DNA of 64,000 bases from an uncultured Pelagibacteraceae bacterium (GTDB taxonomy: Bacteria; Pseudomonadota; Alphaproteobacteria; Pelagibacterales; Pelagibacteraceae). Location: positions 4,719-68,718 of the forward strand of contig CACJQQ010000005.1 in assembly GCA_902595625.1 (NCBI GenBank), written 5' to 3'. The notes beneath the pieces were generated by a model. The model was given only the letters and a program-made list of their open reading frames with translations, was not told where the DNA came from and searched no databases. The translations under genes were made by a program, and so were the position numbers. This document shows, in pieces, positions 1 to 9,981 of this stretch (position 1 is its first letter; every line of letters begins with the position of its first letter).

Positions 1-718
1 TACCTGCCTCATTGTAAAATTGGGATAATTGATCGTTTTGTTCATTTTGACATTGTTGATAAACTTTTAGTGAAAAACTGGTTTCTTTAATTTTTTTAAA
101 TATTTGTGGCAACTCTTTAGCAAAAACTTTAGCGGCTTGGCTTCCTCCTAAAACTAAAATTTTTATACTATCGAATCTATTGATCTCATTGGTTGTTTTA
201 ATATTTATGATTTCCTCTCTGATTAAATTACCAATCTGAATAACCTTGTTATCAAATTTTTCAGGAACACCTTCGAGTTCTTTATAAGAAACAAACATTT
301 TTTTTGCAAAAGGCAATAAATACTTATTAGCTTTGCCTATAATCAAATTATTTTCATAAATTATAAATTTAATATTTAAAACTGAGGCAGCTATACAAAT
401 TGGAAAGGATGAATAACCTCCCATTCCAAAAATAATCGATGGCCTATTAAATAACAAAAATAGCAAAGATCTCACAATTGAAAAAAAAATAATAAATATA
501 GATAGTAAAAACTTTGAAAAAGAGCCTTTATTTAATGGAGATGAATTTAATTCAGTAAATTTAAGATTCTGATGTTCTTTTAAATACTTTGCTCCCCTTT
601 TATCGGTAGTCAGTTGTACATTAAAGTTTTTACCAACTAAATAATTTGCTAAACCAAGTGCTGGAAAAACATGCCCACCTGTTCCTCCAGTTGCAATTAA
701 TATTTTGTTTTTAATCAT
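1..718 (-). CDS. murG: Undecaprenyl-PP-MurNAc-pentapeptide GlcNAc transferase MurG (partial, runs off window start)
   Basis: Not in ORF track. Manual translation from ATG at 718 gives MIKNKILIATGGTGGHVFP, later FGMGGYSSFP, ENNLIIGKAN, GNLIR and LGGSQAA motifs. Follows ftsW. Confidence 0.95.
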   Translation of the reverse strand, partial: MIKNKILIATGGTGGHVFPALGLANYLVGKNFNVQLTTDKRGAKYLKEHQNLKFTELNSSPLNKGSFSKFLLSIFIIFFSIVRSLLFLLFNRPSIIFGMGGYSSFPICIAASVLNIKFIIYENNLIIGKANKYLLPFAKKMFVSYKELEGVPEKFDNKVIQIGNLIREEIINIKTTNEINRFDSIKILVLGGSQAAKVFAKELPQIFKKIKETSFSLKVYQQCQNEQNDQLSQFYNEAG

Positions 719-1838
719 ATAAGTAAGCTTTATTTTTGGTGTAATTTAAAACTAACCCCGCCAAAATTGCACTCCCGACCAAAGATGAACCACCATAACT
801 TAAAAAAGGTAAAGTCATGCCGGTTGTTGGCAATAAATTTGTATTTACACCAGCATGAATAAAAGTTTGAAATATAAGTAAAGATGCTAATCCACTCAAA
901 GAAATTTTAAAAAATTCATTATCTTGATTAAAACAACTTTTAATAATTCTAAAAGAAATATACAAAAAAATAATCAAGATCAATATCGAAACGACAGAAC
1001 CGTATTCTTCTGAAATAACTGCGATAACATAGTCTGTATGTGCTTCGGGGACACTCTCTTTTAAAATTCCTTCACCCATTCCTTGACCTGTCAAACCTCC
1101 AAGTTTAATTGCATCGAGAGCTGATGATGACTGAAATCTATCTCCTTGATTGGGATCAAAGAAAGTAATTAAACGATTGATGATATATCCGAATTTTTCT
1201 GGCAAAAAATATAGCAAAGACCCAAACAGTATTAAAAAAATTGAAAAAAAAACTAATATAAAGAGCATACTTACTCCAGATATGAAAACAGTTGCGATCC
1301 AACTTATAATCAATAAAATTGATTGACCTAAATCAGGTTGGTCTATTAGCAAAATTATAACAGAGCTCAAAAGCATAAAACTTAAAATATACTTTATTTG
1401 AGAGTTCTCAAATTTTTTAAAAGTTAAGATTCTGACAGTCATTAATATAAAAAATGGTTTTAAAATTTCAATTGGTTGCAATCTGAAAAAATATAAATCA
1501 ATCCATCTTTTAGCTCCTTTTACTTCTATGCCAAATATTGGAACTAATGCCAAAGAAATAAATGAAATTGCGAATAATGGTATAACAAGTTTCTCAAAAA
1601 TTTCAGTTTTTATAGCCGAAATTATGATCATAATCGTCAAAGCCAAAAATGTAAAAAATAGATGCTTTGAAAAAAAAAAATAATAATCTTTATTAAGTCT
1701 TTCTCCTGCAAGAGAAGAGGTAGAGGAAAATGAAAAAAATAAACCTAAAAAAAATAAAATGACAAAACTTAAAAATATTTTTTTGTCAATACTTCTCCAA
1801 TAATTTAATATGAAAAATTTAATTGAGTCTTTTAACAT
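711..1838 (-). CDS. ftsW: SEDS peptidoglycan polymerase FtsW
   Basis: GAKRWI, QPIEILK, QPDLG, PEAHTDY, SEEYG and LPFLSYGGSS motifs; dcw position. Start set at ATG 1838 (MLKDS) rather than 1898. Confidence 0.95.
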   Translation of the reverse strand: MLKDSIKFFILNYWRSIDKKIFLSFVILFFLGLFFSFSSTSSLAGERLNKDYYFFFSKHLFFTFLALTIMIIISAIKTEIFEKLVIPLFAISFISLALVPIFGIEVKGAKRWIDLYFFRLQPIEILKPFFILMTVRILTFKKFENSQIKYILSFMLLSSVIILLIDQPDLGQSILLIISWIATVFISGVSMLFILVFFSIFLILFGSLLYFLPEKFGYIINRLITFFDPNQGDRFQSSSALDAIKLGGLTGQGMGEGILKESVPEAHTDYVIAVISEEYGSVVSILILIIFLYISFRIIKSCFNQDNEFFKISLSGLASLLIFQTFIHAGVNTNLLPTTGMTLPFLSYGGSSLVGSAILAGLVLNYTKNKAYLYD

Positions 1839-3096
1839 ATTTTTTACATAACCTCTTAAATTCATCTCCTCTATTTTCAAAGTTAGAAAATTGATCAAAT
1901 GATGCTGAAGCTGGACTCAATAGAACGTTCCCTTTGGAACTTTTTTTTAAATTAACATCTTTCAAAATTTGAATGATTGAATTTTTTAAGTTTTTAGTTA
2001 CTGAAAAAACTAATTTTCCCTTAATTTGACTTCTAAAAAAATTTACATTTTTTCCAATTAAGTAACATTTATTAATATTCTTTTTTAAATTAGTTAAATC
2101 AATTTTATCCCCTTTTTTTGGAAGACCTCCTAAAATCCAGTAGATATTTTTAAGGCTTGATAAGGCAGGCTGCGTTGCTTTAAACGAAGTTGCTTTTGAA
2201 TCATTTATAAATGTTACTTCATTTTTTTTTAAAAAAACTTCAAATCTATGCGGCAAACCCTTAAAAGACTTCATTGAATTTAAAAAAGATTTTTCCTCTA
2301 TTTTTAGCAATTTTGATAAAGCGAAAACAAAACTCATATTTTCGTTATTAATTTTAGAAATTAAATAATTATTTTTAATTTTAAGTTTTATTTTTTTGTA
2401 TTCTTTTTCTTTAGGAATAATCAGTTTGCTTTTAAATTTTTCTTTTTGAAAAATTTTTTTAAATTTTTTATTTATGATAGCGTAATGATTTTTTTTCTGA
2501 TTTTGAAATATCTTTAATTTTGAGAGTAAATAATTACTCATGCTGCCATGCCAATCAAGGTGATCTTTCGTTAAATTAAGGAAAAATGCAATGTCAGGGC
2601 AAATAAATTTAGAATGAGAAAGTTGAAATGAAGAAGCTTCTATTATGACGTAATTTTTTTTTAAGCTTTTCAAATTTAATACTGGTGTTCCAATATTTCC
2701 TCCAATTGAAATTTTAAAATTATTTTTTTGAAGAAGATGCGCTATCAATTTACTTGTAGTTGATTTACCATTGGTGCCGGTAACCATAATGCTTTTGGGT
2801 TTATTTTTTGCTAAATAAAATAAATCGATATCTGTAATTATCTTATGTTCGAATCTTCGAAGATTTTTCTTTTTAAGCAAGCTTACTCCAGGAGACAAAA
2901 TTATATAGTCAACATAATTAAGCGTTTTTTTTAAGTTTTTGGATCTTAAATTTTTATATTCAATTTTATTCTTGTCATCCCAGACTTCGAAATTTTTTAC
3001 CTTATTTTTTTTAAAAAATTTGATGACAGAGTGTCCGGATAAACCAAGCCCGTAAACAAGAAATGATAATTCTTTAAGATTTGGAACCTGGAGCAT
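1819..3096 (-). CDS. murD: UDP-MurNAc-L-Ala--D-Glu ligase
   Basis: GLGLSG, SPGV, TGTNGKSTT, EASSFQL, DHLDWH, NDSKAT and SPASASFDQF motifs. Confidence 0.96.
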   Translation of the reverse strand: MLQVPNLKELSFLVYGLGLSGHSVIKFFKKNKVKNFEVWDDKNKIEYKNLRSKNLKKTLNYVDYIILSPGVSLLKKKNLRRFEHKIITDIDLFYLAKNKPKSIMVTGTNGKSTTSKLIAHLLQKNNFKISIGGNIGTPVLNLKSLKKNYVIIEASSFQLSHSKFICPDIAFFLNLTKDHLDWHGSMSNYLLSKLKIFQNQKKNHYAIINKKFKKIFQKEKFKSKLIIPKEKEYKKIKLKIKNNYLISKINNENMSFVFALSKLLKIEEKSFLNSMKSFKGLPHRFEVFLKKNEVTFINDSKATSFKATQPALSSLKNIYWILGGLPKKGDKIDLTNLKKNINKCYLIGKNVNFFRSQIKGKLVFSVTKNLKNSIIQILKDVNLKKSSKGNVLLSPASASFDQFSNFENRGDEFKRLCKKYVKRLN

Positions 3097-3099
3097 CCC

Positions 3100-4185
3100 T
3101 TACCTTAATTTTAAAGTTGCTAATCCAACTAATGCTAAAATTATAGCTATAATCCAAAATCTAATTACTATCGTTGACTCCGCCCACCCTTTTTTTTCAA
3201 AGTGGTGATGTATTGGCGCCATTTTAAATATTCTTTTTCCTGTAAGTTTAAATGAGGCAACCTGAATAATTACTGAGACTGTTTCTAAAACAAATAAACC
3301 TCCAATTATCGCTAAAACTATTTCATGTTTTACAATAATTGCAATAGCAGCAAGTGATCCACCTAAAGAAAGTGATCCAGTATCCCCCATAAAAATTTTA
3401 GCTGGAGGAGCATTGTACCAAAGAAAGCCCAGGCAAGCTCCAACAATAGATCCACAAAAAATAGACAACTCTCCTACATCTGGAATATATTGTATTTGTA
3501 AATATTCTGAAAAAATTGTGTTTCCCACCACATAAGAAATTAGTGTAAATGAGAGAGCGACTAGCATTACCGGTACAGTTGCTAATCCGTCTAAACCGTC
3601 AGTTAAATTTACTGCATTGGATGCTCCAATAATAACGAATAGTCCGAAAGGTATAAAAAATAATCCCATTTGCCATATAAAATTTTTAAAAAAAGGAAAG
3701 TAAAGATTAAATAAAAATTCATGATCAGAGTAATTAATAAGTATTACTAGTGCCAAAACACTTATAATTACTTGGCCAAAAAATTTATATCTTGATTTAA
3801 GTCCACTTGAATTTTTTTGTTTAATTTTAAGCATGTCATCTATAAGCCCTAAAGCTCCTAAAGAAAGAGAAACAAAAATCAAAGTCCAAACATATATATT
3901 GTTTAGATCTGCCCACAAAATTGTACCTGAAATAATTCCAATAATTATAATTACCCCGCCCATAGTAGGTGTGCCAGATTTTTTTATTATGTGATCTATT
4001 GGACCATCTTGTCTTATTGGTCCAGTTATCATCTTTTCTGAAAATAATTTAATTAAAGGTCCTCCGATTATAAATACGACCACTAGTGATGTTACAACTG
4101 CTAAACCAGTTCTGAAAGTTAAATACTTGAATACATTTAAAAACGAGTATTGATCAATTAAAGAAGTTAATAGAGAAAATAGCAT
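3100..4185 (-). CDS. mraY: Phospho-MurNAc-pentapeptide transferase
   Basis: GTPTMGG, NAVNLTDGLDGL, FMGDTGS and APIHHHFE motifs. Confidence 0.98.
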   Translation of the reverse strand: MLFSLLTSLIDQYSFLNVFKYLTFRTGLAVVTSLVVVFIIGGPLIKLFSEKMITGPIRQDGPIDHIIKKSGTPTMGGVIIIIGIISGTILWADLNNIYVWTLIFVSLSLGALGLIDDMLKIKQKNSSGLKSRYKFFGQVIISVLALVILINYSDHEFLFNLYFPFFKNFIWQMGLFFIPFGLFVIIGASNAVNLTDGLDGLATVPVMLVALSFTLISYVVGNTIFSEYLQIQYIPDVGELSIFCGSIVGACLGFLWYNAPPAKIFMGDTGSLSLGGSLAAIAIIVKHEIVLAIIGGLFVLETVSVIIQVASFKLTGKRIFKMAPIHHHFEKKGWAESTIVIRFWIIAIILALVGLATLKLR

Positions 4186-6948
4186 TTATGTTCCTTTTAT
4201 CATTTTTTTACTAAAATTATTTAATCCTGTGGCATTGGATCCTTTGATCATAAGATAATCATTGTTAGATATCATTTTGCTTAAACTTAAATCTATATCT
4301 TCATTATTCTGTAAAATATTTCCTCTTTTATTCTTATTTAAACGTTTATATGTGAAAATTGTTTTTTTTCCTTTAACGAATACTTTATCAATGTCTGAAT
4401 TGTTAATAACTTTTGACAATTCCTTATGATATTTTTCAGACCTATTACCCAATTCAAGCATATCACCAAGTATTAAGTATTTTTTAAATTTTTCTTTTTT
4501 AATTAAATTAAATTTATTAATGGCATTTTTTACTGATAGCGGATTAGCATTATAACTTTCATCTATTAATTTAAATTTCTTCTTATATCTAGATATCTGA
4601 TATTTCTTACCTCTTCCCTCTGGGGACTCTAAAAATATAAATTTTTTCTTTATTTTCAAAATATCAATTTTAAGTTCGTTTAAAACAGCTATTGATGACA
4701 AAACATTGCTTATATTTAAATCTCTTATTTCAAAATCTATCTTTTTTTTATTAAAACTTATAAAAACTCTTAAAATATTATTTTTTTTTATGATCTTTAT
4801 TAATCGAATATCTGATTTTTTGTGCATTCCAAAAGTAGAAATTTTTAATTTACGTGTTTTGGCTTTTTTATACAAATAATTAAAAAACTTATCGTCTCTA
4901 TTTAAAATAATTGTTCCACCGGTTTCTATATTTTCTAACATCTCTGATTTTGCTTTTGCTATTCCTTTAATATTTTTAAAATTTTCTAAATGAGCTTCGC
5001 CTATATTTGTTATCACTCCTAAATGAGGTTTGATTAATCTAGTCAATTTTTTAATTTCTCCAGATTTGCTCATCCCGACCTCAAAAACTCCATATTTATC
5101 ATCTAAACTTAAATTTGATAAACTTATTGGCACACCAAGATAATTATTAAAGGACTTTGGTGAGTAATAAGTCTTTCCAAAATTTTCTAACAAATCTTTT
5201 AACAAATTTTTTAAAGATGTTTTACCCGCACTACCAGTCACAGCTATTATTTTTGTTTTAGAATATTCTCTTTTAAGTTTTGCAAATTGATTCAAAAAAT
5301 GAATAGGGTTATTGACTCTTATTATTTTTCTATTACTTTTATCTATAATTGATGAAGTTACTACACATCCAGCACCTTTTTTTAAAGCGTTATAAATAAA
5401 CTTATTCCCATTATTTTTTTTACCTTTTAATGCTAAAAATAAATTATCTCTTTTAATTGATCTAGTGTCTATCGAAAATCCGTAAAACCTAACTGGTATT
5501 TTTTTTCCTAAAATATTTTTTAAAATTGATTGGTTTTGAGTAAAGTTTTGTTGTTTTTTTGATATTATTTTTGGTTTAATATTTAATGTTTTAACAATCT
5601 TTCTATCTGAAATATTTAATGTCTTATTTTTATAGATTTGTTGCTCTTCATGTCCCTTACCTGCAACCAATATAATTTCATAAGGATCTGCACTTTTCAC
5701 CGCTGTTTTTATTGCCAATGATCTATTTCCAATATCATAAGTCTTCTTTTTAGAAATATGTTTTAATAATTCTTTCCTTATTTTTTTAGGATTTTCTTTT
5801 CTTGGATTGTCATCAGTTATAAACACTTTTTTACAAAAGTCGTTGGCTATCTTGGCCATTATTGATCTCTTTTTTTTATCTCTTTCTCCTCCACATCCAA
5901 AAACCAAAGTTATATTATTTCCATAGTGTATTTTTAACGATTTAAGAGTTTTTAATAATGCGTCAGGCGTATGAGCAAAGTCTATAAAAACTTTTATTTC
6001 ATTCGGATATTTTCTGATTAATTCAAGCCTGCCGCTTACATCTTTTATCTTTTTTATTGAACTGTAAATTAATTTATCCTTTAAACCAATTAGCCTGGTA
6101 GCTTCAATTGCCATAGCCAAGTTTTTGATTTTAAAATTACTTGAATTTTCTGGTAAAATATTTTTAATAATTTTATATTCTTTATTCACATCTAATAGTT
6201 TTAAATTTCTCCTTCGGGCAATTTTTTTTATTATCGGAAATTGGCTAATTTCCTTATCTGAAATAATCGAAGCTTTTTTTTTTAATATTTCTTTAAAAAG
6301 AATTAATTTTGCATTAAGATATGACTTCATAGTTTTGTGATAATCTAAGTGATCTTGGCTAAAATTAGTAAAAATTGCCCCTTTAAATTTCACATTATGT
6401 AATCTTTTTTGATCCAGTCCGTGGCTCGAGCATTCAATGATTACATTTTCAATTTTCTTTTTTTTTAAAAAATTCAAACTTTTATGAAGCAAAATTGTGT
6501 CGGGAGAAGTAAGATTTGTTTTAATAATTTTATTATTATACTTTATGCCTAAAGTACCAATCGTAGCTACTGATAAGTTATTTGCTTTTAAAATTTGATA
6601 AAATAAATCAGCAACAGACGTTTTACCGTTAGTACCAGTAACAGCAATAATATTTTTAGGTTTATTTTTGTAAAATCTCGAAGTTATTTCACTTAGTAAA
6701 TTTCTAATTTTATTTGTTCGTATTATTAAAACTTTTTTATTTTTAATTCTACATTTTTTTGAGCAAATTATAACGGAAGCTCCTCTCTGAATCGCTTCAT
6801 TAATAAATTTTTCCCCGTTTAATATATTTCCCTTAACAGCAAAAAAAATAAAATTTTTTTTTATTTCTTTACTATTCGTTGAAAGCCCAGAGATTTTTAT
6901 AATTCCATTCTCTTTCGAAATATCTTTAATTAAATTTTTCAACAACAT
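4186..6948 (-). CDS. murEF: Bifunctional MurE-MurF fusion ligase
   Basis: Single 920-aa ORF with two Mur ligase modules: MurE (TGTNGKTS, SSHGLDQ, DFAHTPD, DNPR, GKGHE), then MurF (SIDTR, TGSAGKTS, SFNN, EVGM, DESYNANP, GDMLELG, KGSN). Confidence 0.93.
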   Translation of the reverse strand: MLLKNLIKDISKENGIIKISGLSTNSKEIKKNFIFFAVKGNILNGEKFINEAIQRGASVIICSKKCRIKNKKVLIIRTNKIRNLLSEITSRFYKNKPKNIIAVTGTNGKTSVADLFYQILKANNLSVATIGTLGIKYNNKIIKTNLTSPDTILLHKSLNFLKKKKIENVIIECSSHGLDQKRLHNVKFKGAIFTNFSQDHLDYHKTMKSYLNAKLILFKEILKKKASIISDKEISQFPIIKKIARRRNLKLLDVNKEYKIIKNILPENSSNFKIKNLAMAIEATRLIGLKDKLIYSSIKKIKDVSGRLELIRKYPNEIKVFIDFAHTPDALLKTLKSLKIHYGNNITLVFGCGGERDKKKRSIMAKIANDFCKKVFITDDNPRKENPKKIRKELLKHISKKKTYDIGNRSLAIKTAVKSADPYEIILVAGKGHEEQQIYKNKTLNISDRKIVKTLNIKPKIISKKQQNFTQNQSILKNILGKKIPVRFYGFSIDTRSIKRDNLFLALKGKKNNGNKFIYNALKKGAGCVVTSSIIDKSNRKIIRVNNPIHFLNQFAKLKREYSKTKIIAVTGSAGKTSLKNLLKDLLENFGKTYYSPKSFNNYLGVPISLSNLSLDDKYGVFEVGMSKSGEIKKLTRLIKPHLGVITNIGEAHLENFKNIKGIAKAKSEMLENIETGGTIILNRDDKFFNYLYKKAKTRKLKISTFGMHKKSDIRLIKIIKKNNILRVFISFNKKKIDFEIRDLNISNVLSSIAVLNELKIDILKIKKKFIFLESPEGRGKKYQISRYKKKFKLIDESYNANPLSVKNAINKFNLIKKEKFKKYLILGDMLELGNRSEKYHKELSKVINNSDIDKVFVKGKKTIFTYKRLNKNKRGNILQNNEDIDLSLSKMISNNDYLMIKGSNATGLNNFSKKMIKGT

Positions 6949-8647
6949 ACTGATCCGTAAATTCTTTACTATTTATGGCTAAAATTGGCCCAATTTTTTC
7001 TATTATTTTGCCTGCAACATAAACAGAATTCCAGCCAGAAGTATTATAAGGGGCTCTGGTTTTTACCCCACGATAATTATAAATTAAATTCTTATTGATT
7101 TGAGGATTTTCTAACATGATAAACAAAGAATAGTCCGGTTTATATGTTGGAAAAATAGAAATAAATGAATTAATTCTATTTTTTTTATCTCCGTAACTTT
7201 CAGCAGTTCCAGTTTTACCGCCAACAAAATATCCATCTTGATCAGCTAAACTTGCTGTACCAATTTTACTATTTACTACTTTTCTTAAGATTCCTCTTAA
7301 TTCTTGACTAGTGGAACTTGAAATTATTTTATCTTTTTTTTCAATTTTTCGATTTTTAATTAAACTTGGAACAATTAACCTGCCTCCATTAACCATTGCT
7401 GCATATAAGGCTGTTGCTTGTAAAGGAGTGGTTGTAATTCCATGTCCATAAGAAATTGTCTCTAATTTACACCTATTCCATTTTAACTTATGGGGAACAC
7501 CAACTTCTTCTAGCTCTATATCTGGATTCTCAGTTAATTTTGTTTTCTTAATAAATGATTTATATTTTTCCTCACCTATCTTTTTAGCTAAAACTGCCGA
7601 ACCAACATTAGAAGACCTCACTAAAATTTCTTCAACAGTTAAATTTTTTGGATGATCTTTCATATCAGTTATTTCGTGAATAGAGCATTTAATTTTTTTT
7701 GGTATATTTTTAATGACAGTGTTTGTGTTAACGAGTCTATGATCTAAAGCTAGAGCAATTGTGAATGTTTTAAATATTGAGCCTAATTCATAAACACCTT
7801 TAGAGATTTTGTTGATATATTTTTTATCGCTTATTGTTGCCCTGTGATTGATATTAAAATTAGGCAAAGAAACTAAAGATAAAATTTCTCCAGTATTTAC
7901 ATTCATTAATAATGCTCCACCACCTGTTGCTTGAAATGTTTTAATAGCGCTGTTTAATTCTTTGTTGATTATATATTGAATATTGCTATCTAAAGTTAAT
8001 TTTAAGGGTTTGTTTTTAAGATTTTTATCTTTTAATTCTTTATCAAAATATTTTTCAACACCTGATATTCCATAATTATCGTAGTCGACCTGACCTATGA
8101 CATGGCTAAAAAGATTACCATGAGTGTACATTCTTGCCTGAAAGGGTTCAAATTTAATTGCTTTTTCTCCTAAGGCCCATAATCTATCCTTCTCAACCTC
8201 ATCAATTCTTTTTTTTATTCTAAAATATTTATTTTTTTTTAAATTTTTTTTAATTTCATTTATAGGCAATTCTGGGAAATTCACCCTTAATTTAATTAAG
8301 AAATTTTTTTTATCTCTAATTAATTTTGGATCTACTGCAGCATGATAAGTATTAATATTCCTCGATATTAAAATTCCATTTCTATCAACGATATCTCTTC
8401 TTAAAAGAGAAAACTGGGTATTTTGTTTTTCTAAGCTAAAAGTATCTTTTTTGTTTAAAGCAATATGAGTAATCTTAATTGAAAAAATTAATATTAGAGA
8501 AAAAAAGAAAAAAAATAACAAATAAATTCTATCTTGAAAATTATTTGATTTTTTGAATATTTTATTTTTTTTATTAGTTTCTATAAAATCTTCAAAATAA
8601 AAACTAGTTTGATTTATATTATTATTTTTTTTTGATTTTTTTCTCAT
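6926..8647 (-). CDS. ftsI: Cell division transpeptidase PBP3
   Basis: N-terminal TM helix; RRDIVDRNG, SIFK (SxxK), SSN (SxN) and KTGT motifs; dcw position. Start set at ATG 8647. Confidence 0.93.
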   Translation of the reverse strand: MRKKSKKNNNINQTSFYFEDFIETNKKNKIFKKSNNFQDRIYLLFFFFFSLILIFSIKITHIALNKKDTFSLEKQNTQFSLLRRDIVDRNGILISRNINTYHAAVDPKLIRDKKNFLIKLRVNFPELPINEIKKNLKKNKYFRIKKRIDEVEKDRLWALGEKAIKFEPFQARMYTHGNLFSHVIGQVDYDNYGISGVEKYFDKELKDKNLKNKPLKLTLDSNIQYIINKELNSAIKTFQATGGGALLMNVNTGEILSLVSLPNFNINHRATISDKKYINKISKGVYELGSIFKTFTIALALDHRLVNTNTVIKNIPKKIKCSIHEITDMKDHPKNLTVEEILVRSSNVGSAVLAKKIGEEKYKSFIKKTKLTENPDIELEEVGVPHKLKWNRCKLETISYGHGITTTPLQATALYAAMVNGGRLIVPSLIKNRKIEKKDKIISSSTSQELRGILRKVVNSKIGTASLADQDGYFVGGKTGTAESYGDKKNRINSFISIFPTYKPDYSLFIMLENPQINKNLIYNYRGVKTRAPYNTSGWNSVYVAGKIIEKIGPILAINSKEFTDQYVVEKFN

Positions 8648-8960
8648 TAAGATTATCAAGATTCGAAATCTTGTTTTGTATTTTTGTCAGATCTGAAATG
8701 CTAAAAAATATTTTTGAATATTCGATTGGTTGATAATTATTAAATCCAATTACACTCAATTTTTTTTCAATTAAAGTAGGCGATGTAATATAGTGATAAT
8801 CAAGTTGTGCTTCGTTAAGATTTTTTTTCTTAGATAAAATTTTTAAGTTTAAACTTAAAATTTTTTTTTCCAAAACTCTTGTTTCGTTTTTAAGAAGAGG
8901 TGTAGTAATTAAAAATATAATTATTGTGAAAGCGGAGATAATAAATTTCGTTTTAAACAT
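8622..8960 (-). CDS. ftsL: Cell division protein FtsL-like
   Basis: Short protein with TM helix, coiled coil and YITSP motif, lying between rsmH and ftsI. Confidence 0.7.
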   Translation of the reverse strand: MFKTKFIISAFTIIIFLITTPLLKNETRVLEKKILSLNLKILSKKKNLNEAQLDYHYITSPTLIEKKLSVIGFNNYQPIEYSKIFFSISDLTKIQNKISNLDNLNEKKIKKK

Positions 8961-9963
8961 TAATGTCCTCCAAATCTAAATATTTTTTGAATTTTTTTAT
9001 TAAATCATAAGGGTATTTAAATTCGTTTTTGCTTCTAACAGCTAATCTTAGTTTTGCAGATCGAGATCTATAGTTAATATTTATCTCTTTTTTTGATGGT
9101 CTAAATATTTCATTTTTATATTCATCAAACAAAGCTGTTTTTTCATCTTCATTTTCTGGAAGATATCTAGATGGTTTAGATTTATTTTTTGAAAAATTAG
9201 TAAAAAAATATTTTATAATCCTGTCTTCAATTGAATGAAAACTTACTACAAGAAGCTTTCCACCTGGCTTTAATTTTTTTGATGCATTAATAACGCCATT
9301 TAACAATTCTGTAATTTCTTTGTTTACGAAAATTCTTAATGCTTGAAAAGTTTTTGTGCAAGGATTAATTTTATGTGATGATTTTTTACTTTTGCTTTTT
9401 TCGATAATTTCGACAAGATCAGAAGTCTTAGTAATTTTTTTTTTCTTACGATATTTGACAATATTTTTTGCAATTTTGTAAGCCTCCTTTTCTTCACCCA
9501 AAATTTTGATAATTAATTTTAAATCAGTTTCACTTAAATTATTTATTACATCTAATGCAGAAATTTCGTTAAGACCCATTGTCATATTTAATTTTTCTTT
9601 GGATTTAAATGAAAAACCTCTTTCAAGATCATCTAACTGTATTGATGATAAACCCAAGTCAAATATAACCACGTCAACATTTTTATTTGTAACGCTATCT
9701 AACTGGCTAAATTTTAATTGAAAAAACTTAAATCTCTTGGGAAATTTAATCTGAAGTTCTTTTGCTAACGATAATACTTTTTTATCTCTGTCTAATGCAC
9801 AAACATGAGTTTTTGGAAAATTTAAAATTTCTTTAGAGTAGCTACCTCCTCCAAATGTGCAGTCAATAAAGCTTCCACCATTATTAGGTGAAGATAATTT
9901 TAGTACCTCATTCAACATCACTGGAAAATGGGAAAATTCCAGTGATGAAGTTTGATTGTTCAT
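8953..9963 (-). CDS. rsmH: 16S rRNA m4C1402 methyltransferase
   Basis: HFPVML, DCTFGGGS, DLGLSSIQLD, RGFSF, FQALRIFVN, SFHSIEDR and RSRSAKLR motifs. Confidence 0.97.
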   Translation of the reverse strand: MNNQTSSLEFSHFPVMLNEVLKLSSPNNGGSFIDCTFGGGSYSKEILNFPKTHVCALDRDKKVLSLAKELQIKFPKRFKFFQLKFSQLDSVTNKNVDVVIFDLGLSSIQLDDLERGFSFKSKEKLNMTMGLNEISALDVINNLSETDLKLIIKILGEEKEAYKIAKNIVKYRKKKKITKTSDLVEIIEKSKSKKSSHKINPCTKTFQALRIFVNKEITELLNGVINASKKLKPGGKLLVVSFHSIEDRIIKYFFTNFSKNKSKPSRYLPENEDEKTALFDEYKNEIFRPSKKEININYRSRSAKLRLAVRSKNEFKYPYDLIKKFKKYLDLEDINV

Positions 9964-9981
9964 TAAAACAAAATAGATTCA

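Noticed and set aside
1670-1680. A11 homopolymer in ftsW as a phase-variation tract
   Set aside because: It encodes in-frame Phe codons in an essential gene, and long A/T runs are common throughout this AT-rich window.
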